From: a phage
DNA length: 42,429 bases
Assembly (NCBI GenBank): GCA_012697465.1
Contig: GCA_012697465.1_4985.1
Strand: one strand, 5' to 3'
Part shown: one piece after another, positions 24,287 through 33,611 of the stretch
How the letters are laid out: each line of letters begins with the position of its first letter
Numbering within the stretch: the first letter of the stretch is position 1
Notes under the pieces: model-generated
Database searches by the model: none
The model's input: only the letters and a program-made list of their open reading frames with translations
Told to the model about the DNA's origin: nothing
Made by a program: the position numbers and the translations under genes

Positions 24287-26283
24287 CCAGCGTGCTTGAG
24301 GCTGACCAGCGAGCGGCCCAGAACCTGATACCGCCGGAAGATTTAAAGCCGAGCGAATGGGCTGAAAAAAACGTACAAATCCCGGTTGGTAACGCCAAGC
24401 CTGGACCTATCCGTTTCGCTAACGCGCCTTACCAGCGAGGTATGCTTGACGCCATCAAGGAACCTGGCGTGCGACGCATTAGCTACATGACTGGCGCACA
24501 GCTTGGAAAAACAACAATCCAGCAGTGCATTACTGGATATTTCATCGAACACGAACCGAGAAGCCAGATTTTTGTTCAGCCGACGCAGGGCGACGTTCAG
24601 ACATTTCAGGAAACCAAACTGCGCCCAATGCTTGACGCTAACCCTAAAATCAGCCGCCTGATGGCCAAGCAGCGCGGGCGTGAAGGGGTGAATAACAGCA
24701 GGATTATTTCCTATATCGGCGGTTGGCTGATGTTTAGCTGGGCAGGTAGTCCAAAAACTCTGCGCGGGCGTTCCGCACCAGTCACGCAAGCTGACGAAAT
24801 CGACGGTTTTGAAGCAACGGCAGAGGGTGACCCCGGCGAACTTCTGGCACAGCGTGCTGCGTCATTTGGTGATGATGCTCTGCGTACTGAATCAAGTACG
24901 CCGACCATCAAGGGTGAAAGCCGGATTGAAACTGCGTTTGAACTTGGTGACCAGCGTCGTTACCACGTGCGTTGCCAAGATTGTGGCACACTGCAATATT
25001 TCCACTGGCAAAACGTCACGTGGGTTGGCCGCAAGTCAACTGGTATTGATGATGCAGAAAACGACCTTAACTGCGAGCATCAGCCGGAAACAGCGGCATA
25101 CGTTTGCGAGGGCTGCGGATCATGTTGGGATGATGGCCAACGTGTAGCAGCTATCCGCGAAGCCGAAAGCAACGGAGGTGGCTGGATAGCTTCCAAACCG
25201 TTCAAAGGTCACATCTCTTTCCATGCGCCGGAAATGCTTTCGACTTTTCGCCGGTTACGCGACATTGTTCAATCATATCTGGATAAACTTGCGCTTGGTG
25301 ACCTGCAATCTTTCGTCAACGTCAGCCTTGGTGAAACTTACGACGAACAAGGCGACAAAGTTGACCCGGATTCACTGATGGCCCGCCGAGAGGAATACGC
25401 AGCGCCGGTTCCTGCTGGTGGTCTGTATATCACCGCAGGCATAGACATGCAGGTTGACCGCCTGGAATGTGAGGTGGTGGCCTGGGGCGTGGGTGAAGAA
25501 TCCTGGTCATTGGGTTACCACGTATTGTGGGGCGACCCGCTGACGCCTGACCCATGGGATGCGCTGGATGACCTGCTGGCGGAAACCTACCAGCATGAAA
25601 CCGGGGCCATTATGCCTATCATGGCCGCCTGCCTCGACACAGGGGGCACCAGTGGTTACACGCAGGCCGCCTATGACTACGCCAGGGGGCGCACAGGCCG
25701 CCGTCTGTTCGCCATCAAAGGTGTTGGCGGATGGGGCCGCCCTATCGTGGAGAAGCCGCAGCGCAAGCAATCCGGGAAGGATGCCCGCAAGGTGGATTTA
25801 TTCCTGGTTGGCACCGATGAAGCCAAGCTGATAACCGCACGGCGTTTAAACAAGACGGCACCGGGGCCGGGTTATTGCCATTTCCCTGCTGACCGCGATG
25901 AAGAATGGTTCAAGCAGATCACCGCTGAAAAACTTACCATGCGTTACGTGAAGGGCCAGCCAATACGCGAATGGAAGAAGCCGGACAAGGCGCGAAACGA
26001 AGCACTTGACTGCCGCAACTATGCGCTGGCCGCGCTGAAAATCATGCAGCCGTCATTCCGCCGCCTGGCTGAAAAGTTTGGCGTAGCGAACGACAACGCG
26101 CCACCGGAACGCCGCAAGCGGCTACCGAACGTCAAACCCATCGTGAAACCGGCAGAACCACCGAAACCGGCCAATGACAAACCCCAAGAAGAAGAAAAAC
26201 AGCAAGTCACAGAGACTAAGACCATTAAACGTTCCGCCATGGCCGCAAAACGCCGTGGCGGTGGATGGGTTAGCCGCTGGTGA
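24256..26283 (+). CDS. Terminase large subunit (lambda GpA family)
   Basis: 675 aa; N-terminal ATPase region and overall layout of GpA-type terminases; follows a Nu1-like gene. Confidence 0.8.
   Translation: MDNKQQFSNLTSVLEADQRAAQNLIPPEDLKPSEWAEKNVQIPVGNAKPGPIRFANAPYQRGMLDAIKEPGVRRISYMTGAQLGKTTIQQCITGYFIEHEPRSQIFVQPTQGDVQTFQETKLRPMLDANPKISRLMAKQRGREGVNNSRIISYIGGWLMFSWAGSPKTLRGRSAPVTQADEIDGFEATAEGDPGELLAQRAASFGDDALRTESSTPTIKGESRIETAFELGDQRRYHVRCQDCGTLQYFHWQNVTWVGRKSTGIDDAENDLNCEHQPETAAYVCEGCGSCWDDGQRVAAIREAESNGGGWIASKPFKGHISFHAPEMLSTFRRLRDIVQSYLDKLALGDLQSFVNVSLGETYDEQGDKVDPDSLMARREEYAAPVPAGGLYITAGIDMQVDRLECEVVAWGVGEESWSLGYHVLWGDPLTPDPWDALDDLLAETYQHETGAIMPIMAACLDTGGTSGYTQAAYDYARGRTGRRLFAIKGVGGWGRPIVEKPQRKQSGKDARKVDLFLVGTDEAKLITARRLNKTAPGPGYCHFPADRDEEWFKQITAEKLTMRYVKGQPIREWKKPDKARNEALDCRNYALAALKIMQPSFRRLAEKFGVANDNAPPERRKRLPNVKPIVKPAEPPKPANDKPQEEEKQQVTETKTIKRSAMAAKRRGGGWVSRW
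26176..26192 (+). repeat. 17-bp element GACAAACCCCAAGAAGA, copy 1
   Basis: Exact 17-mer, inside the 3' end of the terminase gene (codons DKPQEE). Confidence 0.7.
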
Positions 26284-26289
26284 TAAATA

Positions 26290-26829
26290 GTGAAAAACTG
26301 CCAAGTACCGCAGAAAATTACTGCTGGATTGACATTTGAGACGCGTCTGACGCTTCCCGGCTATCCTGCAACTGAATGGGCCGTTCAGCTACTGCTGCGC
26401 GGCCCGCAGTCAATTAACATCAACGCCGTCGCTGATGGTAACGATCACGTCATCCGCGCAGCCGCTGGCGTCACTGCAACGTGGCCCGCAGGCGATTACT
26501 GGTATTCGCTGCGCGCTACCAAAGGCGATGACGTTATGGAGGCCGGAAACGGCCAGATTACCATCCTGCCAGACCTGGCCAGCGCCAGTGATGGATTTAA
26601 CGGGAAAACTCACGCGCAACGCACCCTGGAAGCCATTGAAGCGGTCATAGAGAAGCGCGCGACGATGGACCAGGAACGCTACCGCATCAATAACCGCGAG
26701 TTATATCGCACCCCGATTGCGGATTTGCTGAAACTGCGCGACTTGTACCGCCTGGAAGTAGCACGCGAGAAGCAGGCGCAGTGCGGCAAAAACCCGTTCG
26801 GGCGTAAAGTTCGGGTGAGCCTTCGCTGA
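26290..26829 (+). CDS. Head-tail joining/head completion protein (gpW-like C-terminal region, putative)
   Basis: Position between terminase and portal as for lambda W; C-terminal 70 aa resemble gpW-type proteins; N-terminal 100 aa unassigned. Confidence 0.35.
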   Translation: MKNCQVPQKITAGLTFETRLTLPGYPATEWAVQLLLRGPQSININAVADGNDHVIRAAAGVTATWPAGDYWYSLRATKGDDVMEAGNGQITILPDLASASDGFNGKTHAQRTLEAIEAVIEKRATMDQERYRINNRELYRTPIADLLKLRDLYRLEVAREKQAQCGKNPFGRKVRVSLR

Positions 26830-28385
26830 TGAAACTGTGGCCATTTACCAGAAACAAGCCTGCCGAACAGGCACAACAGCCGCGCACGCGGCGTTTACCG
26901 CTTAACCGCCTGGCGTCCCGTATGTTTACCGGTGCCAGTGTTGACCGCTTCGGCACCGCATGGGGTACGCAGCCGCTGACGGCTGATGAAGTCATTACCA
27001 AAAATCAACGCATCCTGGTGGCCCGTTCCCGCGAACAGGCCTCCAACAATGATTATGCCAAAAAGTTCCTGCGCCTGTGCCGCACAAACATTGTTGGGCC
27101 AAAAGGCGTTCTGTTGCAGGCAAAAAGCCAGGATAACACCGGAAAACTGGACACCCTGGCGAATGAAGCCATTGAACTGGCGTTTAACGCATGGGGCAAA
27201 AAGACCAACTGCGACGTGACCGGGAAACTGTCATGGCGTGCCATCCAGGCCGCCTGCGTCAACAGCGTGGCAAAAGACGGTGAATTCTTCGTGCGCCTGG
27301 TGTTCGGGGCTGACGCAGGGCCGTGGGGCTTCTCGCTGCAACTGCTGGACCCTCAACGCTGCCCGGTGGACATGGTTGAAGATCGGCTGCCAAACGGAAA
27401 TTTCATCCGCCAGGGCATCGAATTTAACCGCTACGGGCGGCCTATCGCGTATTATTTCAGCACAGTTGATGAATCGGATGAAAACTACCGTTGGGCTGGG
27501 CGTGACTTTGTGCGCGTGCCTGCGGAAGAAATCCTGCACGGCTTTTTTGATGACATGGTGGGCCAGAAACGCGGCCTGCCCTGGATGGCAACCAGCCTGT
27601 TTCGTATGCGCCACCTGGGCGGCATGGAAGAAGCCGCACTGGTCAACGCGCGAGCAGGTGCAAACAAAATGGGGTTTATCGAATGGGATGAAAACGGCGC
27701 TGGACCTGAATTCGACGATGAAGACGAACTGATCATTGACAGTGAACCTGGTGAATTCCAGGTGCTGCCACAGGGCGCACGCATCAAAGACTGGTCACCG
27801 CAATACCCCAACGGCGAATTTGCCGTGTTCACCAAACAGATGCTGCGCGGAATGGCTTCTGGCATGGGCGTGGCTTACAACAACCTGGCCAACGACCTGG
27901 AAGGTGTCAATTTCAGTTCCATCCGACAGGGCACGCTTGACGAGCGTGAAAGCTGGAAGGAATTGCAGGAATGGCTGATCGAAAACCTGCACCAGCCTGT
28001 CTTTGACGCCTGGTTGCCGCGCGCCCTGCTGTCTGGACGCATCACGGTGAAGGGCCGCAGCCTGAAACCGGAACGCATCGACCGCTACAGCAACATTGAA
28101 TGGCAGCCACGCCGTTGGGCCTGGATTGACCCATCATCTGACGTGGCAGCGGCTGAAAAATCCAAAAACAACATGCTGCAATCGCCTGGCCGCATCATCC
28201 GTGAAGGTGGCAGCGACCCTGACACCGTTTGGAAGGAAACCGCCAGCGACGTTGCGCGCATGATTGAGGCGTACACGCAGCACGGTATCAGCCGCGAAAT
28301 GGCGGAAAAACTGGTCATGCAAAGCATGGGCATGGACAAACAACTGTTAATGGGGCAGCAAAATGCAGAAAAACCCGCTGAATAG
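26829..28385 (+). CDS. Portal protein (lambda gpB family)
   Basis: 518 aa, position after terminase and W-like gene, acidic and aromatic-rich portal-like sequence. Confidence 0.7.
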   Translation: MKLWPFTRNKPAEQAQQPRTRRLPLNRLASRMFTGASVDRFGTAWGTQPLTADEVITKNQRILVARSREQASNNDYAKKFLRLCRTNIVGPKGVLLQAKSQDNTGKLDTLANEAIELAFNAWGKKTNCDVTGKLSWRAIQAACVNSVAKDGEFFVRLVFGADAGPWGFSLQLLDPQRCPVDMVEDRLPNGNFIRQGIEFNRYGRPIAYYFSTVDESDENYRWAGRDFVRVPAEEILHGFFDDMVGQKRGLPWMATSLFRMRHLGGMEEAALVNARAGANKMGFIEWDENGAGPEFDDEDELIIDSEPGEFQVLPQGARIKDWSPQYPNGEFAVFTKQMLRGMASGMGVAYNNLANDLEGVNFSSIRQGTLDERESWKELQEWLIENLHQPVFDAWLPRALLSGRITVKGRSLKPERIDRYSNIEWQPRRWAWIDPSSDVAAAEKSKNNMLQSPGRIIREGGSDPDTVWKETASDVARMIEAYTQHGISREMAEKLVMQSMGMDKQLLMGQQNAEKPAE

Positions 28386-30411
28386 CATCATTGGTGCCGA
28401 ATTTACCCGCAAATCCGACAGCAAAACGCTGCCTGATTTCAACAAAGGCGGGCTGGTTCGCACTATGGAAGTGCGCAAGTTTGACACCGAAAAACGCACC
28501 GTAGAACTGGCTTTTTCATCCGAAATCGAGGTTGAACGCTGGTACGGTATCGAAATTCTGGACCATTCGCCGGAAAGCGTGCGCCTGGACCGTCTGCGTG
28601 ACGGTGGGGCGCTGCTGGTTGACCACGATTGGACTGACCAGGTGGGCGTTGTTGAATCCGTCAGCATTGACGCTGACCGCCGGGGGCGGGCTGTGGTGCG
28701 CTTTGGCCGAAGTGCACGCGCTGACGAGATTTTCCAGGACATCGTTGACGGCATTCGCAAGCATGTTTCCGTTGGCTACCGCGTGTTAGCGGCCAAGCTA
28801 CAGGAAACGCGTGATGAATGGCAGGATGTCTACCGCATCACTGAATGGGAACCGTTCGAAATTTCAATTGTGAGCGTTCCCGCTGACACCAGCGTTGGCA
28901 TTGGGCGTGCGTTTGACAAACCCCAAGAAGAACAACGCGGCAGCAAATCCGATACTGCGGGCACCGTAGAGGTTCCAGCACCAACAAATATTGCATCTGA
29001 GGGCATTAGAATGGAAAAAATTCTGCGCGACGCAGCCGGTAACCTGGTGCGCGCAATGGTAGACGAAAAAGGCAACATCACGCAGGTTCTGGAAATGCTG
29101 GAACGTGCTGGCGATGATGCGCGCAACGCTGAACAGCGTGGCCGTGAAGCCGAAAAGGCGCGTGTTCGTGCCATCACTGAAATGGGCGAGAAGTACAACG
29201 CACGTGATCTGGCTTTGAAAGCCATTGGCGAAGGCACCACCGCCGAAGATTTCCAGCGTTCCTTGCTGGACCACCTGAACAAGACGAAAGACCCTGCACA
29301 ACAGGCTGATGGCACCCGTTCGGGCGGCAAGCCGCTGTCAGAAATGCCGTCCAGCGTGATCGGTATGTCTGAAAAAGACATCCGCCGCTACAGCATTTTC
29401 AACGTGGTTCGCGCGCTTGCTAACCCGAACGATGCAGCCGCACAGCGTGCCGCAGCATTTGAGATCGAATGCAGCCACGCAGCGCAACAGCAATATGGCC
29501 GCAGCGCAAAAGGCATTCTGATCCCTGACGATGTTCTGCGTGCATTCAACGCTGGTGGCGCACCAAACACCCCGACAGGCGCGCAAACCGGTTCAAACCT
29601 GGTAGGCACTGACTTTATGGCCGGTTCGTTCATCGACCTGCTGCGCCCGCGCACCACCATCATGCGCCTGGCGCGTACTATGGGCGGACTGGTGGGCAAC
29701 GTTGAAATCCCGAAACAGACTGGCGGCGCTACTGCCTACTGGATTGGTGAAGGTGATGACGCCACAGAAACCACGCCGACCATCGGCCAGCTTGGTTTGT
29801 CACCGAAAACCGTTGCGGCTTACACTGACATTACCCGCCGCCTGCTGATGCAATCCACCCCGGATGCGGAAGCTATCGTGCGCGGTGACCTGGTGGCAGC
29901 TATCGCGCAGGCGATTGATTACGCTGGTTACTACGGCACCGGCACCAGCAACCAGCCGCTGGGCCTGGCGAACTACACCGGCATTAATGCGGTAGACTTC
30001 GCAGCAGACAACCCGACTTATGCGGAACTGGTGCAGATGGAAACCGAAATTGCGGCTGACAACGCTGACGTGAACAACATGGCTTATGTGCTGAACGCGC
30101 GTGGCCGTGGTGCTGCGAAAACCACGCCGAAGTTTGCCAGCGGTTCTTCCGTAGCTGACGCTGGCGTGATTTGGGAGCCAGGCAACACCCTGAACGGTTA
30201 CCGCGCCGAAGTAACCAACCAGGTGCAGGATGGTGACGTGTTCTTTGGCAACTTCGCTGACCTGGTGGTTGGTATGTGGGGCGGCCTGGACATGACGGTT
30301 GACCCGTACAGCCTGAGCAAATCCGGTGGTCTGCGAATCGTGGTATTCCAGGACGTGGATTTTGCGGTGCGCCGCGTTGAATCCTTCTGCCTGGGCCGCA
30401 ACTCAGCATAA
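28363..30411 (+). CDS. Prohead protease - scaffold - major capsid protein fusion (HK97-fold capsid)
   Basis: N-terminal 180 aa with prohead protease features (LLVDHDW...VGYRV...EISIVSVPAD), coiled-coil middle, C-terminal 300 aa major capsid-like; internal in-frame Met with RBS at 29011. Confidence 0.75.
   Translation: MQKNPLNSIIGAEFTRKSDSKTLPDFNKGGLVRTMEVRKFDTEKRTVELAFSSEIEVERWYGIEILDHSPESVRLDRLRDGGALLVDHDWTDQVGVVESVSIDADRRGRAVVRFGRSARADEIFQDIVDGIRKHVSVGYRVLAAKLQETRDEWQDVYRITEWEPFEISIVSVPADTSVGIGRAFDKPQEEQRGSKSDTAGTVEVPAPTNIASEGIRMEKILRDAAGNLVRAMVDEKGNITQVLEMLERAGDDARNAEQRGREAEKARVRAITEMGEKYNARDLALKAIGEGTTAEDFQRSLLDHLNKTKDPAQQADGTRSGGKPLSEMPSSVIGMSEKDIRRYSIFNVVRALANPNDAAAQRAAAFEIECSHAAQQQYGRSAKGILIPDDVLRAFNAGGAPNTPTGAQTGSNLVGTDFMAGSFIDLLRPRTTIMRLARTMGGLVGNVEIPKQTGGATAYWIGEGDDATETTPTIGQLGLSPKTVAAYTDITRRLLMQSTPDAEAIVRGDLVAAIAQAIDYAGYYGTGTSNQPLGLANYTGINAVDFAADNPTYAELVQMETEIAADNADVNNMAYVLNARGRGAAKTTPKFASGSSVADAGVIWEPGNTLNGYRAEVTNQVQDGDVFFGNFADLVVGMWGGLDMTVDPYSLSKSGGLRIVVFQDVDFAVRRVESFCLGRNSA
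28915..28931 (+). repeat. 17-bp element GACAAACCCCAAGAAGA, copy 2
   Basis: Exact 17-mer inside the protease/capsid CDS in the same codon phase (DKPQEE), 80 nt upstream of the internal Met. Confidence 0.7.
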
Positions 30412-30416
30412 TGAAC

Positions 30417-30444
30417 ATGGCCGCTTCGGCGGCCATAGTCTTTT
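30417..30444 (+). terminator. Stem-loop/terminator after the capsid gene
   Basis: ATGGCCGC-TTCG-GCGGCCAT hairpin followed by a short T-run. Confidence 0.5.
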
Positions 30445-30462
30445 CCGACAGGAGACAGTTTT

Positions 30463-30765
30463 ATGTCTGGTACTTACGTACTGAAATTGACTTCCGCCAT
30501 TGCTATCAGCGGCGAAGTAATGAAAGCAGGTTCACTGGTTGAGGTTTCAGAGATTGAAGCCAAAAACCTGTTGTCACGCGGAAAGGCCGTGATGCACGAC
30601 GAACAACCGGCGCGTGATGACGATATTGAAATCACGAAAATGAATAAAGATCAGCTTATCGCTATTGCAGAACAGATGGAAATTGAAGGCGCTGAAAAGA
30701 TGACCAAAGCGCAGTTGATTGAAGCCATCGAAGCCGCAGGCGAAACCAAAGAGGACGCAGAATAA
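30463..30765 (+). CDS. Hypothetical head-associated protein
   Basis: 100 aa, AGGAG-type RBS; C-terminal helix-extension-helix-like segment (KDQLIAIAEQMEIEGAEKMTKAQLIEAIEAA). Confidence 0.4.
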   Translation: MSGTYVLKLTSAIAISGEVMKAGSLVEVSEIEAKNLLSRGKAVMHDEQPARDDDIEITKMNKDQLIAIAEQMEIEGAEKMTKAQLIEAIEAAGETKEDAE

Positions 30766-31127
30766 TGATCCGTCATGGCACATCCGTGAAAGTGCTGGCA
30801 GCACCAGCAACCGTAACCGCTAACAACAACGGCACCGCTGTTGATGTCAGCAAATATGAAAGCCTGGTGCTGCTGCACGCCGTTGCCGCAATCACCGCAG
30901 GTGAAAACACCATCAAACTGCAACACAGCGACGATGAATCAACCGGCTGGACTGATGTTCCTAACGCAGTGTTTCCGCAACTGACTGCGACCACGAAAGA
31001 AGCGTCACTGCTGTTCAACTCTGATCGATTCAAAAAGTTTGTGCGCGTGGTTGATACGGTGAGCGGCACCTCCCCGTCTGGTGTGCGTTCTGTTGTCCTG
31101 GTTGGCGTAACTAAAGAGTCACAGTAA
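30765..31127 (+). CDS. Hypothetical head completion/adaptor protein
   Basis: 120-aa ORF between capsid and FII-like gene; function inferred from position only. Confidence 0.35.
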   Translation: MIRHGTSVKVLAAPATVTANNNGTAVDVSKYESLVLLHAVAAITAGENTIKLQHSDDESTGWTDVPNAVFPQLTATTKEASLLFNSDRFKKFVRVVDTVSGTSPSGVRSVVLVGVTKESQ

Positions 31128-31459
31128 TGCCAGCGCCGTCCTGGGAAAACCTGGACGACTTTTTTGACCTTGACACCAACGGCGGGTTTGCATTTCCCGC
31201 CGTTATTCATTCGCAAAAAGGTTGGACCAGAACAATTAACGCCATCTTTGATGACCCGTACTTCAACGCGCAAATTGGCGAGTATGAAGCGGACACCAGC
31301 AGCCCACGCATCACGGCAAAGGAATCTGACCTGGCCGGTATCCTGCGTGGTGACACAATCATTGTGGCCGGTGAAACATTCGACGTGCTGGCATCACCTG
31401 AACAGGATGGCACAGGCACTGCCGTTGTGAGGATGACGCGCCAAGATGCTGCATTTTGA
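31127..31459 (+). CDS. Head-tail joining protein (lambda gpFII-like)
   Basis: C-terminal ...LRGDTIIVAGETFDVLASPEQDGTGTAVVRM parallels lambda FII as I remember it. Confidence 0.5.
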   Translation: MPAPSWENLDDFFDLDTNGGFAFPAVIHSQKGWTRTINAIFDDPYFNAQIGEYEADTSSPRITAKESDLAGILRGDTIIVAGETFDVLASPEQDGTGTAVVRMTRQDAAF

Positions 31460-32003
31460 CCTGGATTGGCAACAACTGCGCGGCGTGGCTGCTGAACTGG
31501 AAGCCAGTGAAAAGCAGTTCAAAGCCGCATTAAGCCGCGCTTGCAACCGCACGGCAGCTACCCTGCGAAAAATGTCTGGCCGTGGCCTGAAAGATGAACT
31601 GCAACTGCGCACGCTGTCAGCGCTGCGCAAGCGCCTTAAATCCATCAGGCTACGCACGCGCCAGCAGGGCGTTGTTCTGTGGTACGGCCTGAACGATCTT
31701 CCGGTGAGTAGCTTTAAGGGCCGCGCAAAGCAGACCAGCGACGGTGCCACGTTCCGTGACCAGAAGTTTGACGGCGCATTTGTGGGCCGCAGCACAGTGA
31801 AAGGTAAGCGCACTGTGTTTAAACGAGCAGGAAAAGCGCGCCTGCCAATAACTGAACAGTTGATGCCGATTAAGGACAAAGCCGAAATCTTCATTGAAGA
31901 TGAAATTTTCACGCAGGTAGAGCAGATATTCTGGAAGCATTTCGAACGCGATTTAAGGGCGCGCGTCAAATACTTTGATACATCTGACAGGTGGGGCAAA
32001 TGA
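31446..32003 (+). CDS. Tail completion/virion morphogenesis protein (putative)
   Basis: 185-aa basic protein between head-tail joining gene and baseplate genes; assignment by position and composition. Confidence 0.35.
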   Translation: MLHFDLDWQQLRGVAAELEASEKQFKAALSRACNRTAATLRKMSGRGLKDELQLRTLSALRKRLKSIRLRTRQQGVVLWYGLNDLPVSSFKGRAKQTSDGATFRDQKFDGAFVGRSTVKGKRTVFKRAGKARLPITEQLMPIKDKAEIFIEDEIFTQVEQIFWKHFERDLRARVKYFDTSDRWGK

Positions 32004-32569
32004 ACGCCGATACTCACATTGATTTAGAAGTGCTGCACAGCGCCATTGTGGCAGACATTAAAGCCGCATTCCCGCAACTGGTCACCGTGGAGTTTTACCA
32101 GGATGACCCGGAGGAGCGCAAAACGCTTCCTATCCCTGCCTGCCTGCTGACCATCAGCGAACTGGAGGCAGACAACGACACTGACCCTGGCACCGAACAA
32201 CTGGCTGTAGTGGCCACGTTTGAGGCGCATTTTGTCATCAACAGCATCAGGACACCCCGCGCCGCCATGGCCATCAGGACGCTGGCCGCTGCCTTCATGG
32301 CCTGGCTGCGCAAGCGCCGGTGGACCAATCCCGCAGACCACGCCAGGAAACTGCCCACAGGGCCAGCCAACGTGGTTGGCGGCTTCCCTGATGACTTCAC
32401 CCCGGAAATGGACAAATACGAGGTGTGGCGCGTGGAATGGCAGCAGGTTATCCACCTGGGGGAAAGCGTGTGGAACGATGACGGCATAACCCCATCAGAG
32501 GTTTATTTCAGTTGGTCGCCTGAAATTGGCTACGGCAACGAAGAAGATTACGAGAAGGTGAACCCATGA
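31991..32569 (+). CDS. Tail completion protein (putative)
   Basis: 192-aa ORF directly upstream of gpV-like gene; assignment by position. Confidence 0.35.
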   Translation: MGQMNADTHIDLEVLHSAIVADIKAAFPQLVTVEFYQDDPEERKTLPIPACLLTISELEADNDTDPGTEQLAVVATFEAHFVINSIRTPRAAMAIRTLAAAFMAWLRKRRWTNPADHARKLPTGPANVVGGFPDDFTPEMDKYEVWRVEWQQVIHLGESVWNDDGITPSEVYFSWSPEIGYGNEEDYEKVNP

Positions 32570-33219
32570 GCGCAGAAGTTAGCGAACTGAATCGCCAGCT
32601 AAACAACGTTGTGCGCATCGGCACCATCAAACAACTGGATCTGGCCAACGCGCGTGCAAAGGTTTCCGTTGCTGGCTGCACCACTGACTGGCTACCATGG
32701 GGCACCAACCGCGCCGGTAAGCGCCGCGACTGGTCACCGCCTGTCATCGGTGAACAGGTGGTTTTGTTTGCGCCTTATGGCGATTTGGGACAGGCGGTCA
32801 TTGGGCCGTCAATCTTCCAGGATGACCACGCCGCGCCAGCAGCCAGCGCCGACCAGGAAACAACCGTTTACCCTGACGGCACAACGGTGGACTACAACAG
32901 CGCCAGCAACACGCTGACCATCACCGTGGCTGGTGCAGGTAATGTCATCATCAACTGCAAACAAGCCAACGTGAACACTGAAACAGCCACCGTGACGGCA
33001 TCCACCAGCGTAACACTGGACACGCCTGACACGTTTTGCACAGGCAACCTGACAGTGGCCAAAAGTTTCCAGATGGGAAGCGAAGGCGGAACGGCTACGA
33101 TGACTGGTAATGTGGCGATTGAAGGCGGAAGCCTGACACACAACGGCAAAAACATTGGCAGCAACCATGCTCACAGCGGCGTGCAGTCTGGTGGAAGCAA
33201 CACCGGCGCACCGGTATGA
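32566..33219 (+). CDS. Baseplate spike protein (P2 gpV-like)
   Basis: Colinear with P2 gpV as I remember it: ...TDWLPW..RAG..R.W.PP.IGEQV...GDL..A...PSI...D...P..S......DGT...Y......LT.T......V..PD...CTGNL...K...M......EGG.L..NGK...HAH. Confidence 0.8.
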   Translation: MSAEVSELNRQLNNVVRIGTIKQLDLANARAKVSVAGCTTDWLPWGTNRAGKRRDWSPPVIGEQVVLFAPYGDLGQAVIGPSIFQDDHAAPAASADQETTVYPDGTTVDYNSASNTLTITVAGAGNVIINCKQANVNTETATVTASTSVTLDTPDTFCTGNLTVAKSFQMGSEGGTATMTGNVAIEGGSLTHNGKNIGSNHAHSGVQSGGSNTGAPV

Positions 33220-33222
33220 CCT

Positions 33223-33239
33223 GACAAACCCCAAGAAGA
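33223..33239 (+). repeat. 17-bp element GACAAACCCCAAGAAGA, copy 3
   Basis: Exact 17-mer starting 4 nt after the gpV stop codon, 34 nt upstream of the gpW start. Confidence 0.7.
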
Positions 33240-33251
33240 TAAACCACCACC

Positions 33252-33275
33252 CATGCGGGCATCATTGCCCGCATG
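33252..33275 (+). promoter_or_regulatory. Perfect inverted repeat CATGCGGGC-N6-GCCCGCATG enclosing the gpW start codon
   Basis: 9-bp arms; the right arm ends in the ATG of the gpW-like gene; no obvious Shine-Dalgarno upstream. Confidence 0.45.
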
Positions 33276-33611
33276 AAAGGAACAAACGCGGCTACAGGCG
33301 CGCCGCTGGATGGCATTGACCATCTGCGCCAATCCATACGTGACATACTCACGACGCCAATTGGCACGCGAGTGATGCGCCGCGACTACGGCAGCCGGTT
33401 ACCGTACCTGGTTGATGCACCGATGAACCGCAGCACGTTGCTGGACCTGTACGCAGCGACTGCGGAAGCACTGGAAGCCTGGGAGCCACGCATCAGCGTG
33501 CAGCAGGTGACAGCAACATCAGCAGAACCAGGACGCGTGGAATTGTCCATTACCGGCGAATACCTGCCAGACGGCAAACAAATAACAATTGACGGCATAG
33601 TGGTGACATAA
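33273..33611 (+). CDS. Baseplate assembly protein W (P2 gpW / gp25-like)
   Basis: 112 aa; gpW/GPW_gp25 family pattern (IRDILTTPIGTRVMRRDYGSRL...). Confidence 0.8.
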   Translation: MKGTNAATGAPLDGIDHLRQSIRDILTTPIGTRVMRRDYGSRLPYLVDAPMNRSTLLDLYAATAEALEAWEPRISVQQVTATSAEPGRVELSITGEYLPDGKQITIDGIVVT

